This document shows, piece by piece, positions 1 through 10,204 of a stretch of 33,071 bases of DNA. Position 1 is the stretch's first letter. Each line of letters opens with the position of its first letter. The translations under genes were made by a program, and so were the position numbers. The notes under the pieces are model-generated. The model was not told the DNA's origin and did not search any database. It saw nothing but the letters and a program-made list of their open reading frames with translations. The stretch is from Octopus bimaculoides (Eukaryota): positions 53,196,631 to 53,229,701 of the forward strand of contig NC_068982.1 in NCBI RefSeq assembly GCF_001194135.2, given 5' to 3'.

Positions 1-190
1 AAAGATAGATATACAAACAGACAGCTTGCTAGCTAGCTAGATAGATAGGTAGGTAGCTAGGTAGGGTAGGGTAGGGTAGGTAGGTAGGTAGGTAGGTAGG
101 TAGGTAGGTAGGTAAGTAGGTAGATGGAGAGATATATAGATTGATAAATAGATAAATAGATAGATAGATGGATGGATAGATAGATAGGTA
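1..190. repeat. Compound (GATA)n/(GGTA)n/(GGGTA)n microsatellite
   Basis: Tandem gata, ggta and gggta units are directly visible. Confidence 0.9.
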
Positions 191-455
191 GATCTTGTAA
201 CTCTTACGGCAAGCGACAGTGTATTGTTAGTCTCATTAAGTAAAATGCGTTGTGTCACTGTCTTTCCCCGCGCTCTCATATGCATGTGTATATCAACGCT
301 TGTTTTGTTAGAAGTTATAAAAACAATTTAACATTGAAGTGAAGTGTCATTCATTTTTAACCTCGTATATAATACGCACTAGGAATTCTGACCTTTAAAG
401 TTAGGGAAAAAAAAAATGCGGATTATACTCAGAATTTACGGTATGTATATATATA

Positions 456-665
456 NNNNNNNNNNNNNNNNNNNNNNNNNNNNNNNNNNNNNNNNNNNNN
501 NNNNNNNNNNNNNNNNNNNNNNNNNNNNNNNNNNNNNNNNNNNNNNNNNNNNNNNNNNNNNNNNNNNNNNNNNNNNNNNNNNNNNNNNNNNNNNNNNNNN
601 NNNNNNNNNNNNNNNNNNNNNNNNNNNNNNNNNNNNNNNNNNNNNNNNNNNNNNNNNNNNNNNNN
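456..665. other. Assembly gap (N run); other gaps at 7758-8528, 10205-10523, 12157-12284, 12978-12987, 21244-21534, 28421-28908
   Basis: Runs of N, most flanked by (TA)n or (TG)n, typical of short-read scaffolds breaking at microsatellites. Confidence 0.98.
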
Positions 666-1091
666 ATATATATATATATATATATAGTAATTATTATGTG
701 TACAGCTGCTACCGTTAAATTTAGACTCCACATAGAGTATCATCATTTAGTCAACTTCCAGTATAGTGGTATAGTTACTACTGTACTTAGCAGTATTACT
801 GGGTATGATATATAGTGATGAATAAAATAAGAATTTTGAAACAAATATCTAAAATGTTAGATTTTAAACATTGCATAGCTAGGGGAGGGGGCACCAAAGT
901 AAAATAGTAATTCAACGGGTCAATAGGTAAAAAAAAAAAAAAACAGTTAAGAACAACGGGTTCATACTCTTCATCTATCAAGAGCATGTTAGGGTTTTTG
1001 TCTTTAGTTGATGCATTTAGTTGTCCTGTTCCAAACAACACACGGACAAGTTTTTGTTGTACATTTGGGTTTTTTTATTCACAGTTTCCAG

Positions 1092-1765
1092 TCAGAGTTC
1101 TGTATCTAGTACTGGTAGTCTATGGTTAGGGTGTTTCGTAGGGTAGTCTATCGTGACCTTAATAACCTGGTGGATGGAGTTAGATATTTGCTGGATGCTC
1201 TCCGTAGTATTAGTTTCTATTTCTATTTCAAGAGTACTCTCTTGTGGAGGTGCCTTTACCACTAAGTTGATATCATCGACATAACGAGAGTACATGTTCA
1301 TGAGTATGGAGTTCTGTGTCAGGCGTTCTTTAAGTCTTCTGTCCCACCATACCATGAAAAGGTTGGCCACATCATCGGCGATACTAACCCCGATGGCTTA
1401 CCCCTCATCCTGGGCGTATATTTTGTTGTTAAACTTAAACTTGTGGCCTTTTAGGGTAACTTTTATAATAGCTCCTAGTGCATGTGCGATCATTTTCTTT
1501 ACTTGATATTCGTTTTCGGGGGTCCGTAAGGCTCTGGTCCATCCACTCCATCTCTCTATAGGAGTCTTCCTAGCTATAGATATAATTGTGGGTGGTCTAC
1601 CTCTTAAACGTCTTCCGGGGCAGAAATTTCTAATGTCATGTTTGTCTAGATATTCGTTGTCATATGCCAGTCTAAGTAGGAGGCCCAGTTCCTCTGTGTT
1701 GACATTGCGGAACTCCTACTTCGCTCTCGCTGATCATCTCCACGCACTTCTCCACCGCAAAATAT
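1092..1765 (-). mobile_element. Penelope-like element (PLE) reverse transcriptase fragment, pseudogenised
   Basis: Manual extension of ORF 1092..1370 upstream gives EFRNVNTEELGLLLRL...CPGRRLRGRPPTII...KGHKFKFNNKIYAQDEG*AIGVSIADDVANLFMVWWD...YSRYVDDIN...LPVLDTEL. This contains PLE motif B' (F.F...Y.Q..G.AIG...A..VANLFM), motif C (RYVDD) and motif E (LD). There is one in-frame TAA and a 1-nt frameshift near 1716. Confidence 0.9.
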
Positions 1766-1831
1766 TATTATATTTCGTCCTTAGAAGGACAGAATGGACT
1801 AAGCGGAGCAGGAGGATACACGAGGACGGAA

Positions 1832-1880
1832 AGTGTCGCTGAAGAGGTCACAGATGTGTGACAAAAGATTTCTGGACAAT
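1832..1880 (+). ncRNA. Degenerate hammerhead-ribozyme-like motif
   Basis: CTGAAGA-G-GTCACA-gatg-TGTGAC-aaaa: intact CUGANGA box and perfect 6-bp stem II. The C-GAAA is mutated; possible stem I tgtc/gaca. Confidence 0.4.
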
Positions 1881-2263
1881 GGACATCAGTTAAAATAAGA
1901 ACAGTAATAAAAGAGTGAAGAACGAATATATAGTGCGTGAGTTTATTTGGCAAACAAATAAATAAATAAATAAAATAAAGAGAAAATTAATATCCCGAAA
2001 TGTTAACGAGGGATTATCAATTCGTGCAAAATACCTTACAAGCTCTCTGTTAATACACCAGACTAACAATATTTTTTTAAAGATTCGTAAAGAACTCTGC
2101 GTATTCTTGTTGCAGGGTCCGATGTTACAGTTCATCACCACTCGATACTGTAAACCCACGTTTCTATCCCATGTTGTACTGGTCTTGTACACAGAGAGAT
2201 ATAAAAGACAAGGCATAAATAATGATTTACTACATGTTTCTTTATTGTAGTAAATTTGACTAA

Positions 2264-2439
2264 CATCTGTTTCCGGTAGTCATTATAGGTTCGTTATTGA
2301 TTGGTTTATTCAGTCGGTCCACTGATCGGTTGAGAAAGATTGGACGACCTAGAGAATTAATGGTATCCTCATCAGAGTCACTGTGTACACTTAGTAAACC
2401 AATCAATAACGAACTTACAATGGTTACCGGAAACAGCTG
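2264..2439. mobile_element. MITE-like palindromic element (~176 bp)
   Basis: 2267-2310 and 2393-2436 are inverted repeats matching at 39/44 nt. Ends are catctg...cagctg; the TSD is not clean. Confidence 0.7.
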
Positions 2440-2499
2440 TATATCAAATTTAAGTACAATGAATATGAAATAACCACTATTTACGCCTTGTCTCATACA

Positions 2500-2682
2500 C
2501 TTGTATGTGTGTATGTATATATGTACGTATGTATGCATGCATGCATGTATGTATGTATGTATGTATGTATTATGTATGTATGTATGTATGTATGCATGTA
2601 TGTATGTGTGTATGTGTGTATGTATGTATGTGTGTATGTGTGTATGCATGCATGTATGTATTTATGTATACATGTATGTACG
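2500..2682. repeat. (TATG)n/(TG)n compound microsatellite
   Basis: Tandem tatg units; source of the HTYI/MYVC ORFs. Confidence 0.95.
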
Positions 2683-2755
2683 TAGACAATTAAAAGAAAC
2701 ATTGAGAAAAAGAAAAAGAAAAAATAATAAACGTAAGCGAAAGACGAGTAATTAT

Positions 2756-2790
2756 TTTACATTTCGAGGATAGCTCTTCTTCAGAAACAG
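2756..2790 (-). ncRNA. Minimal type I hammerhead ribozyme motif (PLE-associated type)
   Basis: Minus strand reads TGTTT-CTGAAGA-A-GAG-ctatc-CTC-GAAA-TGT-A-AAATA: core boxes, 3-bp stem II, loopless stem III and about 5 bp of stem I. Confidence 0.65.
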
Positions 2791-3850
2791 AAAAAAATAG
2801 GGAAACCCAAAGGGAAAGAGGAAAGGAGGGGAAAAATCGCCAACAGTCCATGTGAGGTAGCATTTCTGAAGTGTATGTATGTATGTATGTATGTATTATA
2901 TTTTTGTCCACGTGTTTTTTACGTCCTGTACCTGGATATGCATCTATATATACATGTAGATGTAAGTATGTACATATATGTATGTTTATATGCATATGCT
3001 CACATATCATTTGTATTATTATGTATTATATATGTATGTATTAAAATGGGGCACTTATTTCAGCGCCTAAGAAATGTTAAGGGATTTTTTGTAGTATTTG
3101 TATATATGTTTGTGTGTGTATTGAAAGCAGAAATAGGGCGTGAATGGAAAGTCAAAGCTTCTGTTGAATAAGAGTTAACAGAGCAGAAAACTCCCGGAAA
3201 TTCACTGTTTTATGTACAACAGAGACACGTTAGTATATCGTTAGTTGTGTTGTATTAGTTAATTAGAATTCGAAAATGGACAACACAAACGTACAAACAT
3301 AGATATACAGACACACAAGCATAAGGCATACACAAACATACACATGTGTATTTATGTATTACTACATGACCGCAATTACCACAGTGTAGTTTGTTCTAAC
3401 AGAACATCCATGTTTAAGTGGGGATAAATATTACCTCTTAGTATTAATACCGACTCTGTCGCTAATAAGTATTTTTTATTAAATGTCTATGGTGTGTAAG
3501 AGTGTGTGTGCGTATGCACTTGCCTACAATCCTATCATAACACAAAATTCTCTATATTTCTATACCTATAACTACACAATAATTGCTGATTTTATATTTC
3601 TTTAATATGGTCTCTGCAGTTTTCTCTGATCATATTATGTGCGCATGCGTGTTGTGTCTGAGTTGTAAGCAGCTTTATGTTGATAACACCAGAGAAAAGT
3701 GCCACCCAAATAAAGCATTATTTAGTAAGGAATTCACTCTTTTCTCCAGCATTATACTGCCTATAAATAAAAACTACCGTTTAAATCTTTATCAATCATA
3801 AGTTCACCAACAAAATAGCAGTTACGAACGTCATATTCATTATTCAACAG

Positions 3851-4065
3851 AAGGCAGCGAGTTGTGGCAGAATTGTTAGCACGCTGGACAAAATATTTCG
3901 CAGCATTTCATCCGGCTTTGCTTTCTGAGTTCAAATGCCACCGAGGTAGACTTCGCTTTTCATCCCTTCGGTGTCGATGAAATAAGTGCCAGCTGAGCAC
4001 TGGAGTCAATGTAATCGACTTACCCCTCTCACCAAATTTCAGGTCTTGTACAAATAATAGAAACG
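3851..4065 (+). mobile_element. Octopus tRNA-derived SINE, family A (ggcgagctggcagaatcgttagc head)
   Basis: A-box-like tggcagaattg, B-box-like gagttcaaatgcc, and body ending gtaatcgactt...aaatttcaggtcttgtac shared with other copies in the window. Confidence 0.85.
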
Positions 4066-4501
4066 ATATTATAATTCAACATGAACTATTAGACTCGTTA
4101 ACACTAAGACGCAGAAAAAAAAAAAAAAAAAGCAATGAAATTGATTCACAAACGATCACTCACTAAAGCTTCTAGTACACCGATCGCTCTATCTTCATTC
4201 TCGTTTTGTTTTCTTTCGGAACTATAATGGTTGCCTCTCACCTCCACGCAATCTCATCCCCCCACCCCAATCTTTTTTCATGACAGTATCTCGTCTCAAT
4301 TCACAGGCACCGTATTAACTTTTTCACCCAATACTTTTGCTTTGCTAGAACGTCAGTATTTTGTTGTTTCCTCTCTGCTCGTGTTGGTTTTTTATTTTTT
4401 TTCGCGCTTTCTCTCTCCCTTTTATTTTTCCGATATCGAATTACAGATGTTCTAACAGAACATCAAACTTATCAAATTCAAAAGTCTCAGAGAGCTCCCA
4501 T

Positions 4502-5105
4502 GGATCTTTTTTAAAACGGGGGCCACATTTTTCATTAATGTTTTACGTAGTGTTTTTGGTACCGAAAGACTTTCAAACTTCGTATACTTATCTATTTTGT
4601 GTTATAGAACAGAAAAATACTTTTGTATTCGAATTTATTTCATGTAAAAAATTGTCTTATTTCGATAATTTCAACCATTCACTGACAAGTATTCAGTTGT
4701 TTACATTTACTCCTTTGGCTCATTAAGCGATGTAAAGCGTATTTAATCTCCATACCTTCGTTTTATTTGCTTTTTTCATTTTAAATTTGCTTTAACCCTA
4801 ACCCTAACCCTAACCCTAACCCTAGGGTTAGGGTTAGGGTTAGAGTTAGGGTTAGGGTTAGGGTTAATTGTTTCAGAATCGTTTGTTTATGTAGTCGGCA
4901 CTTAATGTATATCGGCGGAATGGACGTCAGTGATTGGTTGAAATTACAGAAATACGACAACTTTAACATGGAATAATTTATGGATTTCTTTTTTTTTAAA
5001 GAAGACTAAGAGAAAAAGATGTTTTATATGACACATTCTACCAGTGTTCCAAGTTTCAAAGTGTTTCGTTAATGAAAAATGTGGCCCCCGTTTTAAAAAA
5101 GATCC
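4502..5105. mobile_element. Non-autonomous TIR DNA transposon (Merlin-like termini) with central telomeric-repeat palindrome
   Basis: Perfect 37-bp TIRs (4502-4538, 5069-5105; GGATCTTTTTTAAAACGGGGGCCACATTTTTCATTAA) and an 8-bp TSD GCTCCCAT (4494-4501, 5106-5113). Imperfect inner inverted repeats are also present. GG termini plus an 8-bp TSD suggest Merlin; superfamily is inferred. Confidence 0.9.
4793..4866. repeat. Interstitial telomeric repeat palindrome (TAACCC)5-TA-(GGGTTA)7
   Basis: Read directly; one GAGTTA variant unit at 4843-4848. Confidence 0.97.
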
Positions 5106-5511
5106 GCTCCCATAGTTACTACTACTCCTTTCACTTCAATTGGCATTTAATTTTTTTTTTCCAAGGCTCAGTAGAATTTTGTGACTGGAGGTAATTGTTC
5201 GTATAATGATTATCAATATCTCAACTATTTATTTATCAACCACAAAACTGAAAATCACACTAGATAACACTGAACTCAACTTGAAACAGTGAAGTAACAA
5301 ATATACTGTGCAAGAATTTGATACATATCTCAGCTAGATATGCTAATCCAGGAATTTATTTGCTACATTTTGGAGACATTAATTATAGTTTCACCACCAC
5401 TCTGGCTCAGATATCTTAGATCATATCGCTCCTAAACAGCTTAACGTCCTTTCAAATGATATTTTACAATAATAAAACACAAAATTGTAAGCATTTTAGA
5501 ACTTTTAATTA

Positions 5512-5600
5512 TTTTTTCTTTTATTCTTTTATTTGTTTCAGTCGTTTGACTGCAGTCATGCTGCAGCACCGCCTTAAAGGGTTTTAGTCGAACAATTCAA
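5512..5600 (-). mobile_element. SINE family B 3' tail fragment
   Basis: Reverse complement matches the ...ggtgctccagcatggctgcagtcaaatgactgaaacaaataaaagaataa tail seen at 12450-12510. Confidence 0.75.
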
Positions 5601-6000
5601 CAAATTGTATAATACATTTTTTTAAATGATCATAATGATTCGAACTCCACCCCAGGCTAGTTACGCTTTGAGATTCAAGGTTTTTACTTAAGAATTAGTT
5701 ATTTAGAAGTTGTGTCCTACGTAAAAAGATATTGCGGTTACATTTTAACCGATTATTTCTTCGTCCTTCTTGTTCAGTGATTGAAGAATGCATGGTGGTT
5801 TCTCCGTTTGGTTTTCGTTCTTGCACATATCTAATCAGTAACTATTTAATTTCCTTTCTCTTTGTCGCAATCGTTCTTGAATATTAGATGATGAAGATAT
5901 GAATCTCTCAACTCAACCCACCTAGACAAAAAGACAACAGTAATAGTATTCGGAAAAAAACATACAGGACTTAAATGCCTTAAGTGCAATTTTATATTCA

Positions 6001-6245
6001 GTATTCATCATAAAATATATTGACTCAGAAGTGGTCTTGAGAAAGTTTGTGATGAACCCTCTTTTATACAGTTTCTTATTGAGTCAATGAATGCTGTTTT
6101 GGCGGAAGACACAGCCTTTACTTTCATTCTTTGCATTTCTTAAAAAAATGTATTCAACCGTTTCAGTTTCGACGAGAGTTAAACGGAAATGTTTACAGTT
6201 GTTAAATATGTTCTCTCAATCAGTAGGAAAAATTTCCTTGCAGTG
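6001..6245 (-). mobile_element. Possible highly degraded PLE RT thumb remnant
   Basis: Frame reads FPTD*ENIFNNCKH...YIFLRNAKNESKGCVFRQNSIH*LNKKLYKRGFITNFL, resembling PLE KPTD...H and FLR...F...L...L..RGY. Two TGA stops. Confidence 0.3.
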
Positions 6246-6349
6246 TTAATGATTCGGTTCTCATCTGTCTCTGTGTTCACATGTATATCATAGATTGTGC
6301 TTGCACAATTAATTTCTAAAAACAGTTCATATATATGAAACTTTTAAGG

Positions 6350-6410
6350 CAGAGCTCCAGCATGGGCGCAATCAAATGACTGAGACAAGTAAGAGAATAA
6401 AAGAATATAT
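6350..6410 (+). mobile_element. SINE family B 3' tail fragment
   Basis: gctccagcatgggcgcaatcaaatgactgagacaagtaagagaataaaagaata matches the family B tail. Confidence 0.7.
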
Positions 6411-7374
6411 TGACATCTCTAATTGAGAAGTTCTATAAAAAATAATACTTTTGGAGCCTCAAGACGAACCACTAACAACTTTTGTCCTTCTTATAACCAT
6501 GGTATATTTAACCTCCTGGGAAAGTAACCAAATGAAAATTACATTTCCCAGCTAGTGCTCATTTGTTCCTGTCTGAATTTGTATATTTCAGCACGTAAAA
6601 CGTACTGAAATTTTACTAGACTACTTTTTATTGGTCTGTGAGAATTTTTGTATTTGTATGAATTGATGCATAAGAGGTTGAGTATGTTTCCGCCCGTTTT
6701 ACATACGTAATAGTGGGAATTGTCGGTCGTAGAACAATGATAGGCACGCGACGAGTTTTGTAATCTAATTTGGATCTCCTTTTGAGTCATTTCGTATGAC
6801 TTAGACATATTGCCTGTAGTTTTCAGCTTATCCTATTAACATAGAAATGGATAAGCTTTATTTACTGACTTGCCCTAGACACACTATGTGAAAGCAAATT
6901 TTAACGATGATTTCAGACGCAAGATTTTTTTCTTTACTTTTGTCTTTTAGTCTTTTCAGTATACCTGCTTTATAAGGTTAAACTCCTAACACTAACGCAC
7001 CCAACCACACACTTTTCCTACATAAACGATGCCAAATTCAGTCTCTTCAACACGAAGCGACACCCCTGTCAGTCAATAACTGCCTACACTTAATTCACCC
7101 CAAAGTTTATTTTATCACGCTAATTTTCTTTTTAACACAAGGTATGTGTTGCTACTACATCTGCCTATCTCTGGTAACCACCCCTTTAGTTTACTAAATT
7201 TTACCCAAACTTCTGTCTTATGTGTAGATTGGTTTACACTTCCATTACTTTACCTTTCACTTCATTTATTTTGATCTACTTATTCAGACAACTATTCCTC
7301 TTCTTCTTTTTAATTATATTTCTTTTTATTATTCGTGTAATTTATCTGTTTAATTCTATTTATTTTTATTTAAT

Positions 7375-7757
7375 GCTAGCAGAAATACCCGGCGTTGCCC
7401 GGGTTAGGGATTCACACAGACAGACAGACACACACACACACACACACGCACACACACACACACACACGCACGCACACACACACACATTCCCAATACATGT
7501 AGGATTCCTCACCATACAGGTGACAGGCACAGCTGTAAGATGCATTACGGGTCTATAGCAATTGGAAGGGCATGACTCAATTGAAATAACAACGTGTGAC
7601 GTTTGGAGTAAAGGGAAATGAAAGTGTCGCCTCTGGAGTTTGCAAATGACCACTATACCGATAGGTAACTGTGCAGACAAAATTTACAATCGATAAATGT
7701 CTTAGAACAACCAGTCTCTCATCTGGGAAGGCCTTGAAATCAATGTTACCAACTGGG
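7375..7757 (+). mobile_element. Helitron-like non-autonomous element, copy/unit 1 (runs into gap)
   Basis: Starts gCTAGcagaaat followed by hairpin ACCCGG-cgttgc-CCGGGT, then a (CAGA)/(CA) microsatellite. Resembles Lep1-type rolling-circle elements. Confidence 0.55.
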
Positions 7758-8528
7758 NNNNNNNNNNNNNNNNNNNNNNNNNNNNNNNNNNNNNNNNNNN
7801 NNNNNNNNNNNNNNNNNNNNNNNNNNNNNNNNNNNNNNNNNNNNNNNNNNNNNNNNNNNNNNNNNNNNNNNNNNNNNNNNNNNNNNNNNNNNNNNNNNNN
7901 NNNNNNNNNNNNNNNNNNNNNNNNNNNNNNNNNNNNNNNNNNNNNNNNNNNNNNNNNNNNNNNNNNNNNNNNNNNNNNNNNNNNNNNNNNNNNNNNNNNN
8001 NNNNNNNNNNNNNNNNNNNNNNNNNNNNNNNNNNNNNNNNNNNNNNNNNNNNNNNNNNNNNNNNNNNNNNNNNNNNNNNNNNNNNNNNNNNNNNNNNNNN
8101 NNNNNNNNNNNNNNNNNNNNNNNNNNNNNNNNNNNNNNNNNNNNNNNNNNNNNNNNNNNNNNNNNNNNNNNNNNNNNNNNNNNNNNNNNNNNNNNNNNNN
8201 NNNNNNNNNNNNNNNNNNNNNNNNNNNNNNNNNNNNNNNNNNNNNNNNNNNNNNNNNNNNNNNNNNNNNNNNNNNNNNNNNNNNNNNNNNNNNNNNNNNN
8301 NNNNNNNNNNNNNNNNNNNNNNNNNNNNNNNNNNNNNNNNNNNNNNNNNNNNNNNNNNNNNNNNNNNNNNNNNNNNNNNNNNNNNNNNNNNNNNNNNNNN
8401 NNNNNNNNNNNNNNNNNNNNNNNNNNNNNNNNNNNNNNNNNNNNNNNNNNNNNNNNNNNNNNNNNNNNNNNNNNNNNNNNNNNNNNNNNNNNNNNNNNNN
8501 NNNNNNNNNNNNNNNNNNNNNNNNNNNN

Positions 8529-8569
8529 GCTAGCAGAAATACCCGGCGTTGCCCGGGTTAGGGATTCAC

Positions 8570-8604
<35 letters not shown>

Positions 8605-8631
8605 CACATTCTCATTTTTATATATATAGAT
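8529..8631 (+). mobile_element. Helitron-like non-autonomous element, minimal copy/unit 2
   Basis: Head identical to 7375-7430, then (CAGA)n and the terminal ttttatatatatagat typical of this element class. Confidence 0.55.
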
Positions 8632-8717
8632 ATTTTACCTAGAATTTTCTACTCTTATCCCTATCCCTTGTTGACTCCGTTTATTTTATAAATTCTGTCT
8701 ATCTGTCTCCTCCCCCC

Positions 8718-8728
8718 CTCTCTCACTG

Positions 8729-8776
<48 letters not shown>
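8718..8776. repeat. (CTAT)n microsatellite
   Basis: Tandem ctat units. Confidence 0.9.
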
Positions 8777-8777
<1 letters not shown>

Positions 8778-8802
8778 TAGTATCTACTTTCTCGATAATC
8801 TT

Positions 8803-9990
8803 GTGAAGTCGCAATCACTTATCTCAAGAGTGATGGGTTTTAAGTCTTTGCGCATATGGATTGAAATCTTCCACTCAGATCGTACCACTACTATGTGCTC
8901 TGACAGAGCTCTCTATGACCCATATTCTGTCATCTCTGGTGTATTCCAAGGTTTGCTTATGCCATCCACAATCTTCCTCCTGTATATTAACGATCTCTTC
9001 ACAGTCATATCTGACAACGCCATCCTTTTTATTAAACTTTTGATTCCCTTCATCCTCGTTAGACTTCTTTACATTTGTGTCATCTGCATACAACTTATGC
9101 ACCTTACACCAAACCTTCACTGCCTACCATTCTTCAATGTTGTCTTGAAAAATCATTCAACGACACACAGACAAATTGCAGCAAATATCAATAAAACCAT
9201 ATTGTATCATTAGTTTTGACCGATATACGATTAAAGCCCACAAAGTAGCTACGAATTCCAGAGCTTTTTATCTCTGATGGTCTTTCCCGGCAAATTCACA
9301 GTCATAACGTAGCGGTTTCAAATTTTGGTACAAGGCCTGCAATTTCAAGGGAGCGGGTAAGTCGATTACATCAGCTCCAGTGCTCAACTGTTACTTATTT
9401 TATCGACCCAGAAAAGACGAAAGGAAAAGTTGAGCTCTGCAGAATTTGAACTCAGAACTTAGAGACGGACGAGATGCCGCTAAGCGTTTTTGCTCGGTGC
9501 GCTAACGATTCTACCAGCTCACCGCCTTTCACGGCGCTTCAAGAAGCATAGCCTTCATTTCAGAGCTTGGACATATTGTAGCTTTCATCAACGACTTATT
9601 CTCTTCAAAGTTCAGGACATAACTACAATGAAATGTTATTCTAACATCTAGGGTAGTAGTGCTACTGCTCACACAAACATCCTAGATCGCATCCAAAAGA
9701 AGTTCTTGACCCCGTAAACTCTAATCCTAACAGATACTGTATCTTCTCTCTTCTCTTAAACTATAACTGCCTCTACTCTTCTGAACAAGCTATTTATGCA
9801 TTACCTCAATCCAAGCGGAACCAACACATTCGTTCTCCCATTCTGGTTGGTCCTGCTATGCATCACCTTTTCCTGAATCTACTCTTTCTACAGAACGTCG
9901 ACCATCTGGAATTCCTTCGAATGTATTTCCTGCTAATGTCAACTTACATATGCTGAAGTTGAATAATAGCGTGTGTCGTAGTTGTAATCC
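8803..9990 (+). mobile_element. Degenerate LINE 3' portion (CR1/L2/Jockey-like RT and thumb), interrupted by a SINE
   Basis: WIEIFHSDRT...SVISGVFQG...STIFLLYINDL matches RT motif B' (GVPQG...LFLLYINDL). About 9610-9700 reads CYSNI*GSSATAHTNILDRIQKK, and about 9885-9960 reads FLQNVDH/IWNS..VFPAN, typical of the C-terminal region. Confidence 0.75.
9314..9528 (-). mobile_element. SINE family A
   Basis: Ends on + with gctaacgattctaccagctcaccgcctt (reverse-complement head) and contains gaatttgaactcagaa (B box). Confidence 0.88.
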
Positions 9991-10155
9991 TTTATCTGTG
10001 ATCAAAAACTTATACTTTGAATACATATGATTCTTTTCTTTCTATTTTTGCTGGGAGGTATTCAACTATTTTCGCGGAACATTTTTTTAATCTGATTCTC
10101 ATCTCTATTGTTATATGTTATAGTCTCTTCTCCGTTCGTATTTATCAAATTTAGT

Positions 10156-10156
10156 A

Positions 10157-10204
<48 letters not shown>

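Noticed and set aside
4793-4866. Ancient telomere-telomere fusion site
   Set aside because: Fusion scars read (TTAGGG)n(CCCTAA)n; this is the opposite orientation and sits inside a TIR/TSD-bounded element.
4781-4969. ORF with LTLTLT...GLGLG repeats
   Set aside because: It is a translation of the telomeric-repeat palindrome.
6539-6808. 89-aa minus ORF (EIQIRLQNSSRAYH) as a host exon or RTE remnant
   Set aside because: Only a faint resemblance to RTE EI..RI..A.RAY, no convincing splice sites, and no further motifs.
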